NCBI RefSeq assembly: GCF_018977255.1
Contig: NW_024704742.1
Location: 33,420,001-33,484,000 of the forward strand
Origin: Callorhinchus milii
Lineage: Eukaryota
Reading direction: 5' to 3'
DNA length: 64,000 bases
Below, piece by piece: positions 12,425-25,825 of this stretch (the first letter of the stretch is position 1; each line of letters opens with the position of its first letter). The translations under genes were made by a program, and so were the position numbers. Under the pieces are notes generated by a model. That model did not search any database. It was not told the DNA's origin and worked only from the letters and a program-made list of their open reading frames with translations.

Positions 12425-12600
12425 AGTCTCAAAGGGCTTCACAGAATACACTGTAAAGTGGACTGACTGTATATTTTGTAGGCGAAACGCATCAGCCAAT
12501 TGTGCACAGCAGGGTCCCACAAACAGTCGTGGATTGAGTGACCAAATAATTATTATTATATTTATTTTGTTTTTGAAGGGATTATTACCCCCGGAAAAGA
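12425..12600 (-). mobile_element. Family A SINE internal fragment
   Basis: gtctcaaagggcttcacagaatacactgtaaagtg..cccacaaacagtcgtggattgagtgacc. Confidence 0.8.
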
Positions 12601-12669
12601 TTGATACTGAGTGAGACTTACAAAGTGACTTATAAATAGCCCTGGATACTGGTTCTAGGGGAAGGGAGG

Positions 12670-12962
12670 GCTGGAGTATGCTTCAGATGAGATATTAAAA
12701 TGAGGCCCCATCTACCTGTTCAGGTGGACATTAAAGATCCCATGGCACTATTTAAAAAATGAAGGGAATTTCTCCCGATGTCCTGGCCAACAATCCTCCT
12801 GATAAAAATTGGTCATTCTCTTCATGCTTTACTGTGTGCAAATTGGAAGCTGTGTTCACCTACAAAATACAGTCACTACACTTTACAGTAAAATGTGTGA
12901 AGGGCTTTGAGACATCCTCCCCATGTGAAAGCCACTTTATCAAATACAAGGATGATGATAAC
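12670..12962 (+). mobile_element. Older Deu-domain SINE
   Basis: cagatgagatattaaaatgaggcc..gttcaggtggacattaaagatcccatggcacta plus an L2-type tail. Homologous to 4530-4870. Confidence 0.75.
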
Positions 12963-14214
12963 TATACTGACTTCCCCCTTACCACAGGCAAACTCTCACT
13001 TTTGGACCATCCTGATATCTGGGGAAGTTCTTTAGAGGTCAGTGTAGTAAACTCTCATGTCTGGACTGTGTAGCAGGACTTGAGCTCCACCTGCATACAC
13101 ACAGAAAACAAAAGAGCCACAGAGATGTCTGGAGGCATTGCTTATTTCACCGCCAATTGGGTACAAACCACCTATTGAGGATTATTTGTGGTTTAAGAGG
13201 CAGTGGATAATGTCACGTCATTCCACTTGTAGCAGAGGCTCCAAAAGCGTGGCAAACAATGGTGGCAGCACCACAAAGTAAACTGAGTATTTTTCTGCTA
13301 TAAATGACAAAATTCAAGTGTCTTGCAGCTTTCTTTGGAAATTATCATTGCACACATCAACATACAACAACAACAAGATTACATTTGTATAGCATACAGC
13401 AGGCTTGCTGTAGCCAGTGTAAACTATGCGTTATTTAAAACATTAGGTATATCTTACAAACTCAAGTTTCGTCATTCCCTGAAAACCTATGTAATACATT
13501 TACAGGACAGAATGAATTCACTTGATCAATAGATTAATTGTATCTTGTAGTTATCTGGCATTTCATTCCTGAAGCTGGATATAGCCCAGACTGTATCATA
13601 TTACTATTCAACACATGCTCTGGTATTCCACAAGGGAAACAGGAAAACAGGCCCAAATCAATCATTGCAACTCTCAGATACTCTCAATTGTGACACGAGA
13701 ACACACACCTCCTCTCCACGGTATGGGAGAAGTCTTAAAAACAAGTGACAGCTCAATAGCTCATTCCAAATCTAGAATAGTAGCATATTCATGACCAAAA
13801 TAGTGATCAAAATGGGGGTCAGGGACAGGGATATTCAAAACACTAATAAGAAATCACAATGCAGAAAAATATTTACTACAGAATTAAGCAGAGGATTCTT
13901 TACACTCTACAGTAAATCCTGGTAAGCGCTTTGAGATATTCTCCTAACATGAAAGGTGCCATATCAACTGAAAGGATTATCATTTAGTTTCATTAAATTA
14001 GCTTGTAGTTCTGTTAAATCCTAACATTGGTATTACGGGTAAGAGGTATTATAGAAAAAAGCTACATTTCCATGACAACGGTCTATTTCAATCTCAGATT
14101 TCTTACTGAAGATTAAAGCCCCAGGTTTTCATCTAGTGTGTTCACACCGGGTATCAAATGCACTGACTTTCTGACTCTATCGATGTCTAAATTCCCTGCT
14201 CAGTACGGCCCCAG

Positions 14215-14460
14215 GTTTTATAGACCAGAAAAGGTCCAGGTCTAATTTGCAGTCTGTGCTCTGTTAGTTGATTTCATCCAGGGACCTTGGCAATAGGCCT
14301 GAGCAAAATTGCCCCGAGTGTTCCTGAGCTAAGGAGGGGAAATCATCATATCGTAATCTCTGGCAGTAATACTTGCTAGATAGTGTACGCCGCGTATGGA
14401 TATCAGGTGAAGTCAGGCTGAACTTAAACGTAATGAGCCTGCTGAATCTCACTGGCATTT
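14215..14460 (+). mobile_element. Ancient AmnSINE2-like SINE fragment
   Basis: gaccagaaaaggtccaggt..tctgtgctctgttagttgatttca..ctgagctaaggaggggaaaatca. Related copies near 16735-16930, 37770-37990 (-), 4955-5170 (-), 51230-51385, 55430-55510 and 58320-58560. Family name recalled from consensus. Confidence 0.55.
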
Positions 14461-14739
14461 ACCATATGCTGTTGTTTAAAAACAACAATCTTTAAGTATC
14501 ACTTTTATACGCAGAATTTTAACGATGAGCAGATGACAGCTATATTCCCAACCCCCACCCTTCCTCACTCTGGCCTCCCATATGAAGGGAATATTCCTAC
14601 CAACCTGGCAGTGATTAACCCTCTGCTCTCAGGCACTCCATACCAAAGTCTCTCCATTTTACCCTCTTCACTGTTCTTTGGGTCATCCCCCAACCCCCAC
14701 CCTCCTACCCAGTTCAGATGTCCAGTCAGCTGTGTGAAC

Positions 14740-15099
14740 AATAATAATCCTTGCTTTTGATATAGCGCCTTATCACGTCTTCGAGACGTCTCAAAGCGCT
14801 TCACAGAATATACTGTAAAGTGTATAATTTGTGGGCAAAACACAGCAATCAATTGCGCATAGCGGTGTTGGAATCTTCCAAACAGTTGTGGAATGAGTGA
14901 CCAAAATATTTTTGAAGGAATTATTGCCCTCAGAAAAACAATCGACCAATCGACTAACAACTGGGTTCCTACTGACTGCTAGGTAAACAGAGGGATGTGG
15001 AGTAAGGAAACTTGCCCAAGGTTTCGCCCTGTTGGGAATCAAACCCAGGTCTCTCGCTTGAGATGCAAGTGCTCTAACCACTGAGCTACAGGACTCCAC
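14740..15099 (-). mobile_element. Family A SINE, full length, inserted in an older L2-type tail
   Basis: Intact head GTGGAGTCCTGTAGCTCAGTGGTTAGAGCAC..GGTTTGATTCC and tail. The older plus-strand tail resumes at 15105 (actttgagacgtcctcccaatgtgaaaggc). Confidence 0.9.
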
Positions 15100-16229
15100 T
15101 GAATGACTTTGAGACGTCCTCCCAATGTGAAAGGCACAAGATAAATATAAACTGAGCTACTGTTGAAGTGCCAGCGGGATGCTAGCCCTGGGCTCCTGCC
15201 CTAAGGTCTGTTAGACAGTCAAAACATGTTTTAAATATCAGCAAGTAAAGAGCTGACTGTGTAGCTGGCGATTTAACAACATTCAGAAACAAACACCCAA
15301 TTTCACTGTGCTGTACGTTTGGAAAAGTGCAAAATCTACTGCTCGCCTGTTATGTCCTCAAATAATTGCAATGTGGAGCAGACAGTATAAATCAGGCTTC
15401 CCGTCCCACATTTTTAAGCTCCCAACAGTATGAAAGCAGTGTTAAAAATAATGACATGAATATTTTTAACATAGATGATTTAAGTTAGGCAGGACTGGTC
15501 ACTGCGAATGTGATCTGAGAAAATGATTTTTGCTTCTGATTAAACAGGCAACTGTTTAAGTCCTACTTGTTAGATAGCGCCTTTCACATCGGGAGGACGT
15601 CACAAATAAGTGTGTACTGCTAGCTGGGCACCCGAGTCTGGAGGTGGGAACTGAAGTGATGGGGGAGAAGGGGAAAGATGACCGAAAGCATGGTCAAAGA
15701 GCTCGGTCTTAAAAAGTAGTCACGTTTCTCTGTCTACAAAACATGCATTAAATCTGCACAAGCAGCAACAACTTGCACTTGCACAAAGTCGTTCATATAA
15801 CAGTATATGTGTGGAACTGTCAATGGTTTCAGCTTAATGATGGGATTCAGGATGAGTCAGACACTCACGTTTGACCCCCCAAAAAACATAACAGAACGTT
15901 TCGAAAGTCCTGTGCAAAACTACGGTGCAATGGAGCCGATTCAATAGTTCTTAGTAAAATGTCAAAGTGTGTTACCTCTTTAGGCTGCTCGAAATAATGC
16001 ACCAGGTCTGCTTGCTATTGAGGAGCTGATTGTGATGGTACATGAAGAGGAATTGTGCCTTAAAAAGGTTTAATTTTCAAAGAATGTCAGTAGATGGCGG
16101 TCAGGGTCTGCTAAAGAGAATCATTCCCAGCCACAAGAAGAAGCAGGTTTCAGGACTACAAGAAGATAAGAAACTCTTGGAGACGAAGCCTTTAAATAAA
16201 TGGTCAGACCACTGACCTCCTATCCGGAC

Positions 16230-16545
16230 TGTTCTCTCCACTCAAGAAGCAATGGTCTGCTTCATGTGCCCCACCCGATCAGTCCTGTCGAGGGATAAGC
16301 TTTCAACCAATCAGCCCCTGCTCAATGGAACTCCATCCAAGAGACCTCCCCACCTCACTTCTCTCCCTCCCTCCCCGTCTTCAAAACTAACCTAATGTCC
16401 TATCATTCTAACCACAATTTCAGCCACCTTTCCGCCCTCAACCTCCCTGAATCCCTTCCCACCAGGTGGGCTCCCAATTGATGCATTTTGAGACATCCTC
16501 CCAACGTGAAAGGCACTATATCAATATAAACTGCTGCTATTATAA
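16230..16545 (+). mobile_element. Old L2 3' fragment
   Basis: agctttc..cagcccct..tggaactcc..cttcaaaact.. followed by tail tttgagacatcctcccaacgtgaaaggcactatat. Confidence 0.65.
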
Positions 16546-18529
16546 TTTAATTTAGGAGGCTATATCATCAACAACAACAATTTGCATTTATATAGCACCT
16601 TTCAACAACAAAAACAGCTCATAACTGTTTTTGGAACAGCAGACAGACATTGTATTATGGGTTACCATTAGATAAATGAAATTGACACACTTTCCTAGTA
16701 AAGGCTCAACATCTTATATAGAGTGGCAGAGTTGTACAGAACAGAAGGTCCCAGGTCCTATCTGAGGTGAATTAGTTGATCTCAGCTTGGACACTGCAGT
16801 TTATAACTAAACCCGCAAGTTAGAGGAACTGTAGATTGTCTCACCACCCCTAAATTCAGTAATGTAAATTCAGACAGTGTTCAGAAAGCCTGTTTGTAAG
16901 GTGTGTGTGTGTGCATGCTTGATGAGAACAGTTCAAATTGTGTTGACCCCACTTGTCAAAGATCCAAAAGGAAAAAGGAATGAGTGAAACACGTTCAGGC
17001 AAGGAGACAGGGAGAATATTAACAAGGCATGGAGCGGAAAAAAGCCAGACTAGTTATAAGTAGAATTGATTTGACCTTGATTGCAGACTAAAAGGGATTC
17101 TTGCAACATTACCATAATCTGCCGTGTGTCTCACAGAAGGTCACTGTGTAAACAATTCGGGAAGATGAGGACTAGCATTTCACAAACCACAAAATAAATG
17201 CTTGTTTATGGGTGTGGTCATGTTGGAACAGTTTCAGTCTCACTCCTCACCATCAATGTATTTTTAGAATATGCAAAATAGATTAAATAATTAACACTAA
17301 AGCTGGAACTACATTGATTAAAGGCAGTGAGAAGCTAAGACAGGATCACTGTAATATTGTGCTATTATTAAATGGTGCGCAGATGGGTAAATTCCTGAGA
17401 TTAAATCAGCCTAGCAGCGATTGCTATCGTAGTCTTACCAAAAAGCATAAATAGTTTACAGCCACCATGGTGTAAGCTGTGATGTTTCATAACAAATTTG
17501 ATATGTTAATTTACACATCAAACCTGTTAAGAAATATTACAATGTTTATTACCAGTGATCCAAACTGCAAATTTAGATCAAGGTCTTCAAATTATTAAAT
17601 ATAATTATATAAAATATACAGCATTGAAATGGGTCATTTGGCCCAACCAGTCTGTGCCAATCTTTATACTCCACACGAACCTCTGGCAGTTTTTATCTGC
17701 CCTCCCTACCCTTCCCCTTACATCTTCTATTCCTCTCTCTCTCTCAAATATACATTGAGTGTTCTCTTAAATGATTTGAAGTGTTCTACTTCAACCAAAG
17801 TGAGTTCCACAATCCCTCAACAAAAAACAAAACTTGTCTTCCTTTCCCTTTAGTTCATTTCTCCATATGGCTATCAGATGATGGAATCTTGCAGTTACTT
17901 CCCCTGATTCTCATCAGAGTGCAAGTCAGTGAATGCACTACATCTCAGTTATTTGCAGCAACTGCCTTTGAAAACTTATTTTCCACGTTGAATACTGCTG
18001 GCTGTTTATGTGTGATAATGTCCGTAAAACTGCTTTAAATAGTTTTATAGAGACATTCTCTCTGGAGAAATATTCCTGATGAACAACCTTGCAATACCTT
18101 CACTGAAATAGGTACATCAGCGATTGTTGCCACGGTTCCTCAGGCACCAGAAGTTACAGCTTTCTCCCGTCATTAAATGTGATACTGTGTGCTAACGGTA
18201 CCATTCAACCTGGCTTAACATGCATCACTAAAGTTACTAAACCTAGCCTCAAGAGGACCTTTTCTTGTAAGTAGATGTACAATATTGTATTACAACAGGA
18301 AGAAACAGAGAAGCTAACACAAGCTTTGACTAATGTCAGTATACAAATCCTCTACCTTTCCATTGTCTTCTCTCTTTCCTCATCACAGTACATGATGACT
18401 GTGAGGATGGCTTTTGTTACACACTTCAACAATTAACCTGCTCCTAATTAAGAGAAAACATTAAAAATAAATCAAAGCCAGGGATCCCATGGGGGTGGGA
18501 GGGGGATAAACTGGAAAAAAAATGTTCAC

Positions 18530-18915
18530 TCATTGGCTCAATGGGTAAATGCTCCATGTGATTCCACTTGTTGGGGAGTCCAAAACAAGGGAACATAAAT
18601 ATGAGACAGCTAGTTGCAACTTTACACATATGATGGTGAGAACATGGAATTCACTGCCGGACACTGTGGTTGAAGCAAAAATCATCAATGTATTTAAGAG
18701 AAAACCTGATGCAATAAAGGGGAAAGGAGAATAGGCACGGTGGGGGCTCCTGTATAGAATATAAACCTGTACAGAATTAAGCGTTCTGAGACACCGTCCG
18801 GTGTGAAGAGCACCATATAAATGCAAGTTGCTGCTGTTGTAGTTGTAAACACCAGCACCGGCTAGTTGGACTGAATGCCCATTTCCGTACTGTATCACTT
18901 TTTGTAACTCTATGA
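18530..18915 (+). mobile_element. CR1 LINE 3' fragment with a SINE/L2 tail inserted at about 18780-18846
   Basis: IPLVGESKTREHKY..FTHMMVRTWNSLPDTVVEAKIINVFKRK is typical of the CR1 ORF2 C-terminus. CR1-like 3'UTR (ttggactgaatgccc..tactgta). Confidence 0.85.
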
Positions 18916-20201
18916 CGTGGTACCACATAGAGATCGGCAAGATCCAAGGATTCATTTCTATGCTGGGTTTGCTGATCACTGATAAGAGCGAGGCTGGTAA
19001 TGGAGGAGCTACATGGACTCAACCCGAGTATTTCATTACAGATTTTAATGCATTCAAATCCCATTAAGAAACATCGCAAGGGGGGAACAGGAACACCACA
19101 TTCATTGCAATATTTTTGGAAGTTTACGTAAAGAGGCGGAAAATGACAAAAAATGTCAATAAAATGGATATCAAGCAGTAAAGCTCTGCTCTGTGAACCA
19201 AGTGCTGGTCTTTTGGGAGACATGCACTGTGTTTGGAACTGCTGTGCTGTTCAGAAAATATCAGAGGTCCACAATCAACCCCTGGATCCTTACCACAAAG
19301 ATGCCTTTACCTCCTGCTGCCCACATAGTAGATTGAGGGGCAGAATACCAATAGACAGGAAATACAATCACGGCTTAAAAGATGTGTGATACTCTGCAAA
19401 CACCAAGCAAGCTTCATTTAACCTCTATGGATCCCTATCTGTTGCACTGCGCCTGGGTTTGGAATGCTCTTCTACACCCTGCACGTAGTCACTATATGTC
19501 GCTGTATGTACACAGCACTCTTTGTCTGGATTCAAGACATGGAGCTTGCTAAAACCACTCCCTCTGTTATTTTGAGCCCTTTTTGTATCCAATACCTGCA
19601 TAACTGAAGCAACTATTTATGTAGGTTATTTTATTATTTTTGAGAAGTATTTTAGGCAATTTTTCCTCACTCTGAACATGATGCCATTCATAAAATACCA
19701 GGCATAAGTAGGCTTCCAGCGACATATGGGAGCAGTTAAAAGGGTTTAATCCTGAGTGCCCGAGCCAGGGAATGTGATCTGCAAAGGTGCTGGAAAGGAG
19801 AAGGGCTTCCAGCAGGTTTGACTGCGCAGTGCAGAAGAGATTGCTACTGCCAGAATAAATCATTCAAAGCCGGATGAAAAGAAGCTTGTGAAGAGATATG
19901 GATTGGGATGATCTGTGTTGGTGTTCTGCAAAGTCTGATGCCCCCTCCTGTATTGCTCTGTAAATGCCCCTATAAATGCTCTTCATTTTATGAAATGAAC
20001 AGCTGCATTTTTTAATCCTGAGTTTTCAAGGATCAACTAACAATTTGCTTATCTTAGAATCCTGGCAGCAATTTTCCACTGTGAGGATCTGGCCTGTTTA
20101 GAATCACAGACAGTAGTCGTGTAAGGTTGTATATAGTAGTTGTTGACCTTTGGAATCAAATCTCTATTGTCTCACTCTCTGAAATGAAGGCCGAGTGATT
20201 T

Positions 20202-20572
20202 CGTAGTCCCGTAACTTAGTAGTTAGTGCGCTCGCCTCGAAAGCGAGAGGATCCAGTTTTATTTCCCAGCCAGGACGAAACCTTGGGCAAGTTTCCTGAC
20301 TCCACACGCCTCCGTTCACCTAGCAGTAAGTAGGAACCCAGTTGTTTGTTGATTGGCAGATCGATTTCCAGGGGTAATAATCCCTCACCCCCCAAAAAAA
20401 AATTTGGATTGGTCACTCAATCCACGGCTCTTGTGGGACATTGCTGTGCGCAATTGGCTACAGCGTTTCGCCCACAAAATACAGTCAATCCACTTTTCCA
20501 AATATTCTGTGAAGCACCCGGAGACATCTCAACGATGTGATAAGGCACTATATCAAATGCAATGATTATTAT
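20202..20572 (+). mobile_element. Family A SINE, full length
   Basis: Head, CCTTGGGCAAGTTTCC centre, Deu-like part and tail all present. Confidence 0.9.
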
Positions 20573-20993
20573 ATTCTTTTTATCTTGTAAGAACAACTAT
20601 CTTCTATAAATATTTTTGATACCTGCATAATGCAGATTTTTAGCAGCAATGTTAGCTTGAAATAATCTTTGTTCTTAAGGAGCCTCAACGAACCACATGA
20701 TAATTCCTTGCCTTAATCATGACTTTGGATTTGTAAATATCAGATCGTGAGATTTGTATATTTGCAAACAGGAAGTTGCAATTGACACAGCCTGTGGTTT
20801 TGAACACAGTGTATTGGATCTCAGAGCCCGATGTAACCCCAGGATTCTGAACATGTGGACAACTCTGATGATCTCATTTCAGTCTCACTTACAGGGTATT
20901 AGTCTCTGAAGTTCAGAGACTAATATCCTCTGTCTACATTTTACAGGAAAGGTAAACTGTACTACCTTTGACAACGATAAACAATCCATCAAG

Positions 20994-21394
20994 AACAACA
21001 ACAAAGTTACATTTATAGAGCGCCTTTCACACCGGGAGAACGTCCCAAGGGGCTGGACAGTCAGGGATCAGGATCCGAGCATGGGGGAGGGGTGGGGTAG
21101 GGGTGAGGGAAGGCAGAGTTGGGAGGGCGACCGAAGGCACGATCGAAGAGGAGGGTCTTGAGACCGGCCTTCAAGGATGCGAGGGAGGAAGCGAAGAGAA
21201 GGGACCGTGGGATGGAGTTCCAGAGTGCGGGGGCAGAAAGGCTGAAAGCTCGATCACCGATGGTAGGGCAGGTCAGGAGGGAGACATGGAGCAGGCCGGA
21301 GCCCGTTGAATGGAAGGAGCGTGCAGGTTGGTAGGGAGTCAGCAGGTCAGAGAAGTAGGAGGGGGCAAGGCCATGGATGGCCTTGAAAGTGAGA
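20994..21394 (-). mobile_element. L2 LINE 3' fragment
   Basis: High similarity to 8232-8620, with a (CAA)n tail on the plus strand. Confidence 0.9.
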
Positions 21395-21864
21395 ATATCA
21401 CAAGTGAGATTTTATCAGTCATATAAATGAAAGAGCTGTTAAATGTTCAACGCAAATAATCAATGTTTTATGTGATGTATATATGTGAGGCGAGGGGGGG
21501 AGTGGGTGTTGCAGAACAAATGCACCCGTTTTTGCAGCAAATAATTTCAGCTCTCAATCCAAACCGAGTCAGCTTTTCCAGCAGGATTTCAGGAGCCTGT
21601 GTAGATTTTCTTTTCACAGTCAAATGTACTTAAAGAAGCAAAGTCAAATAGAAATGAAACCCTGAGATTGTGGAGAGAAGCTCTTCGTTTAGATAGAATT
21701 TGTAGAATTAGAAGATGTTGTAATGTAATGTTGTAATGTACCTTAATCTTACATTTGCCTGCTGTGTGGTAAAACCTTATGGAGAAGTACAAGATTTTAA
21801 ATTGGGAAAGCAAACTCCGAACAATATCAAGATACAACAAAACAATTGCTCTTAGGATTCCAAA

Positions 21865-22065
21865 AATAGACTGTATTTTTTTTATCCAAAGGATAATTAA
21901 TGGCCAGAACAGGTTACCTCGGAAGAGTGGTTGAGGCCAGGACACTGGAGTCATTTGAAAAAAACAGCTTGATCCTTCCAGGGTAGTTGTGATGAGATGA
22001 CGGTAGGTTGGGAGGGATGAAATCAAATGAGCCGAAGGGATTGCTTCAATCTATTCTTGCTTTGC
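21865..22065 (+). mobile_element. Old CR1 3' fragment
   Basis: aacaggttacctcggaagagtggttgaggc..tcatttgaaaaaacagcttgat..aaatgagccgaagg. Similar to 59440-59740. Confidence 0.6.
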
Positions 22066-23394
22066 TGAGCATACGTGCCTTACCATCTTTGCCTTGTCAC
22101 TGCACTCTACCGTAATTACATTTTACACACACAATAATTCCAAATCATTGCCCCCTCTGCTACTCGCAATCTCTCAGGCAACCCCACCATTGGCGTGCAG
22201 GCGTTCAGCTGTTCTGGCCCTGCGCTCTGGAAGCCACCCCACTCGTTCCCTCCCTCACCTTGTTCAAGGCACATCTCGGCATTCAGTTATCTTTCCCTTC
22301 CCCTCTCACCATCAGATCTTACCCCATCTTGGGTGACCGTCCAGCATTGGCAAGTAGTATGAGGTTTCCTCCAGTCATGAAAGGGACTATGTAAATGTAA
22401 ACTGTATTGTGAATCCTGTGAAGTGATTTGAGACCCTTCAATGAAATGAAAAAACTTGTATCAATTGCAAGGATTATTATTTATCCATCCATTCGAAGTA
22501 GTTTTTTTTTGGTTCAAGGCATTTTTAATAATAATAGATGTTGTGAAGCTGTGGAGGTGGAATTCAGACTTTCTGGGACATTAATTATTTAAACTCTTTT
22601 ATGTTTATTTAAAAGTTATAACGATATGTTTCAGACCATTCAGATATTGATATAAACAGGGCGGCTCACTATTCCCTGTTATGATTACCATGTGTATAAT
22701 AAATATGGAGTATCCAAAAGGATAAATAAGATCATTATGTCACTGCTCCCTGGGGTGTAGAGGGTGATTAATGGCCAGACTAACAATTATGTTAGGAGTG
22801 AGCTGGACTGAGACACGGCAAGAGTGAGCTGCTTTTCTTAGTTTTGATTTTCTCAGTGCAATTCCATTTGCTACTATTTATTTTTTGTACTGACCTTGAT
22901 GCCTCAGCTTTACTTATATCTCAATAATTTGCCTACAGTCACTACACTTCACAATAAATCCTGCGAAGCATCAAGCAGACATTCTAACTTTTCAGCAAAC
23001 ATTGCGCTATACCAAATGCAATGATTATTACTATCATGAATCCAGACTTATTCAGGATGCATTAGTCCATGTAATGTTAAATAATATTTTAAATTCATAT
23101 CAAGTAGCTCCTGCTGTCAGGACAACAACTTGGATTGATATAGCGCCCTTCACAGGGTAAGATCTCCAGAGCAATCACAGTAACGGGGTTGGATATCAAA
23201 CAGGGGAGAAGGAGGGCTGCGGGAGGGGGCATTGGGACAGTTGAAGAGTTGCGAAGTCAAAGAGATAGGTTTTGAGGTGGGACATGAAGATAGACAGAGA
23301 GGGGGTGAGTTGTAAGGGTAGAACAATGAGTTCAAAAAGTTAGCAGCGTAGAATCTGAAAACTTGGTGACTGATAATGGCTCGAGTTACTCACT

Positions 23395-23612
23395 CAGAGA
23401 GGGCGAGCAGAGGAGGTGAGAGCAGAGGAGGTGAGAGCAGAGGAGGTGAGAGCAGAGGGGGCGAGCGGAGGAGGTGAGCGGAGGAGACGAGCGGAGGGGG
23501 AGCGCGGAGGGGTTGAGCAGGGGGGGCAAGCAAGGGCGGAGAGCATGGGGGGAAAACAGGGGGGAGAGCAGAGGGGAGAGCAGAGGGGGCGAGCAGAGGG
23601 GGCGAGCAGAGG
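23395..23612. repeat. Purine-rich degenerate minisatellite (about 13-15 nt, GAGCAGAGGAGGTGA / GAGCAGAGGGGGC)
   Basis: Direct repeats are visible. They explain the low-complexity ORFs 23394-23729 and 23416-23634. The array lies within an old L2 fragment (about 23120-23690). Confidence 0.9.
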
Positions 23613-25714
23613 AGTTTGGAAGGAGGAGAACTGAGATAAATTGTGGCTGAGAAGTGAGTTATAGGTGCGAGTGAGGACCTTGAAATTGACGCCTTTCCAA
23701 CTTTCGCAGATTATTTTCAGTATGGACAAATTTGCCAGGTCTTTTTTTTTTCCCCAAACGAGTCTTTTTTTTCCCTAACTATCTGCTAGAAAAATGGTGT
23801 TCACTACATCCATATTTTTTTAAAAAATATATAAAACAAAAAGAAGAAGCGAAGCACATCGCGTTCCCTTCAACTGAACTGACGCTGGTTAAAAAAAAAA
23901 TCAGTTTCTGTTTGTAACCAGCAGGGGTCGCTATCAGACCATCAGGACATGCATTCCAGCCACACCTGGTGATCCTCATCCTCCACAAAGATTTTTACAC
24001 GAGAGACGCAGTGCTTCCAACAACAACAACTTGCATTTATCATAGCGCCCTTCCCGCAGGGTAGCGTTCCAATCGTTCCCACACATTTGCGTCAAGCTCG
24101 TCAAAGCACAATGGGCCGTGCGACTCACATCCGTTCACCACATTGGGTAACAAGAGTCAATTTTAGTGGTACGTGTGACATTTATCACATTGAATGTTTC
24201 CTGAACGTCCCAGCGGTCAGTCCCCACCCAAACCCTGACATTCTGACGTGCGTAAAGCCACGTCTGCAGACAGCGTTGGATTTCCAACTCATAGCGTTTG
24301 ACTGCCAGTTAGTGGGACACCAGCTCCTCTGAGTTTAAGCCCCAAAATGGTCATTCGAATGCCACTAACTAACAAATATCATGATCCACAAGTTATGAAT
24401 AAAAATAATAATCTTTACATTTAATTTAGCATCTTTCAGGTCAGGAGGATGTCTCAAAACACTTCCCATGATTTTTATTGTGTAGTATAATGACTGTATA
24501 TTTTTCAGCAATATCTTCAAGTGTTTATCTCATTTCTTTTAAAGGTCATAAAATACCCCATTTTCTAATTGAAGAATTAGCTTCCCCTCCATAGCTGCAC
24601 AAGTGCTCCTCATTACATTAAACTTTCTTTGGAATAAAATTTATTGCTTGCAAACACCAAAAAACTGCAGCTCCTGACTATCTGGTGACTCATTTAATTT
24701 TCACTCAGATACATTTAGAGATTGACTAGTTTTACAGTCAGTTAGATTATTTTGTTAGATCCTGGTTACTATCTGTCAAGCATTGCTCTAACACTCTGGT
24801 GGAATTTTCCTTCTCTCATCCAGGGACATTTTAATACCACAGGAATATGACAACAATACTTGCATTGAATGTAATAATCCTTGCATTTTATGTAGTTAGT
24901 GCCTTATCATGTCACCAAAATTTTACAAAGCGCTTCACGGGTTTCACTGTAAAATGTAGCGAAACCAGAGGCCAATTTGCACACAGCAATGTCCAGTGAA
25001 CATTTTTTTATTTGGGGGTTTGTTGGCCAAGACACTTGGAGAAACTCCCTTCTCTTTTCAAATAGCTACTTGGGATCTCTAACATCCACCTAAGCATACA
25101 GAGACATTGGTAAAATGTCTCACAAAGCTGATTGGAGCGCCTCTACCACTCCCCACCTTAGATTTGGTAACTCAACACAAAGAATGCAGGATATTTAATT
25201 ATACTTTGTACTCACACAGTCTAGGCTGACGCTCAATACAATGCTGGGGGAGCTCTGCACTATTTGAGGGGTCAAGCAAATTGGCTGCTGCATTTGCTGA
25301 CATATACCCAGTCACTACACCTTTTAGAAAACTGAGTATTTGTTCAGCCCTCCCAGATGTTAGCCAATGTGAAGGACGCTATATTCTATGTTTGTTAGAA
25401 CAGCAAATGAAACATATCCCATTAAACTGACTGTCATACCTCTTTCTGGAGTAAACACTGTCTTTCTTTAAATACCTTTGTGAAACTATCGCCAGAATTT
25501 ATCAATGAATTACCAAGTCCTCCCCCCTTTCTTAGAATTTGTGCGTTTGCCAACACTGCAGTGTACTCTGCAGGTACTTTGGCAAACATGTCAGCATCAG
25601 ATGCCATCAATGTGTGATGGTCCCTGAGAACCAGTGAAGGGGAATGAGGTAGAAAAGACATATTTCTGGTCTGAGCAAAACCCTTTGGGATTTGAAAAAA
25701 AGCAAAAAAAAACT

Positions 25715-25825
25715 TCAAATATTGAAAATCTCAAATAAACAGGGAATGCTGGAAAATCAGTGGGTCATCGGTATCTGAAAGTGAGAGCTGGTTAACATTA
25801 GGAGGGGTGACCCTTCACCCTAACT
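25715..25825 (-). mobile_element. Degenerate Penelope-associated short repeat
   Basis: Minus strand gaagggtcacccctcctaatgttaacc..cagatac..gacccactgattttccagcattccctgtttatttgagattt resembles the common shark repeat ctgatgaagggtc..gaaacgttaac..cagatgctg..tttccagcatt. Confidence 0.5.

Noticed and set aside
18074..18112. Hammerhead ribozyme (CTGATGA...GAAA); a similar motif lies at about 6223-6241
   Set aside because: No stem II pairing between the core motifs.
23394..23729. Ser/Pro/Ala-rich and Gly/Glu/Arg-rich ORFs
   Set aside because: They are translations of the minisatellite.
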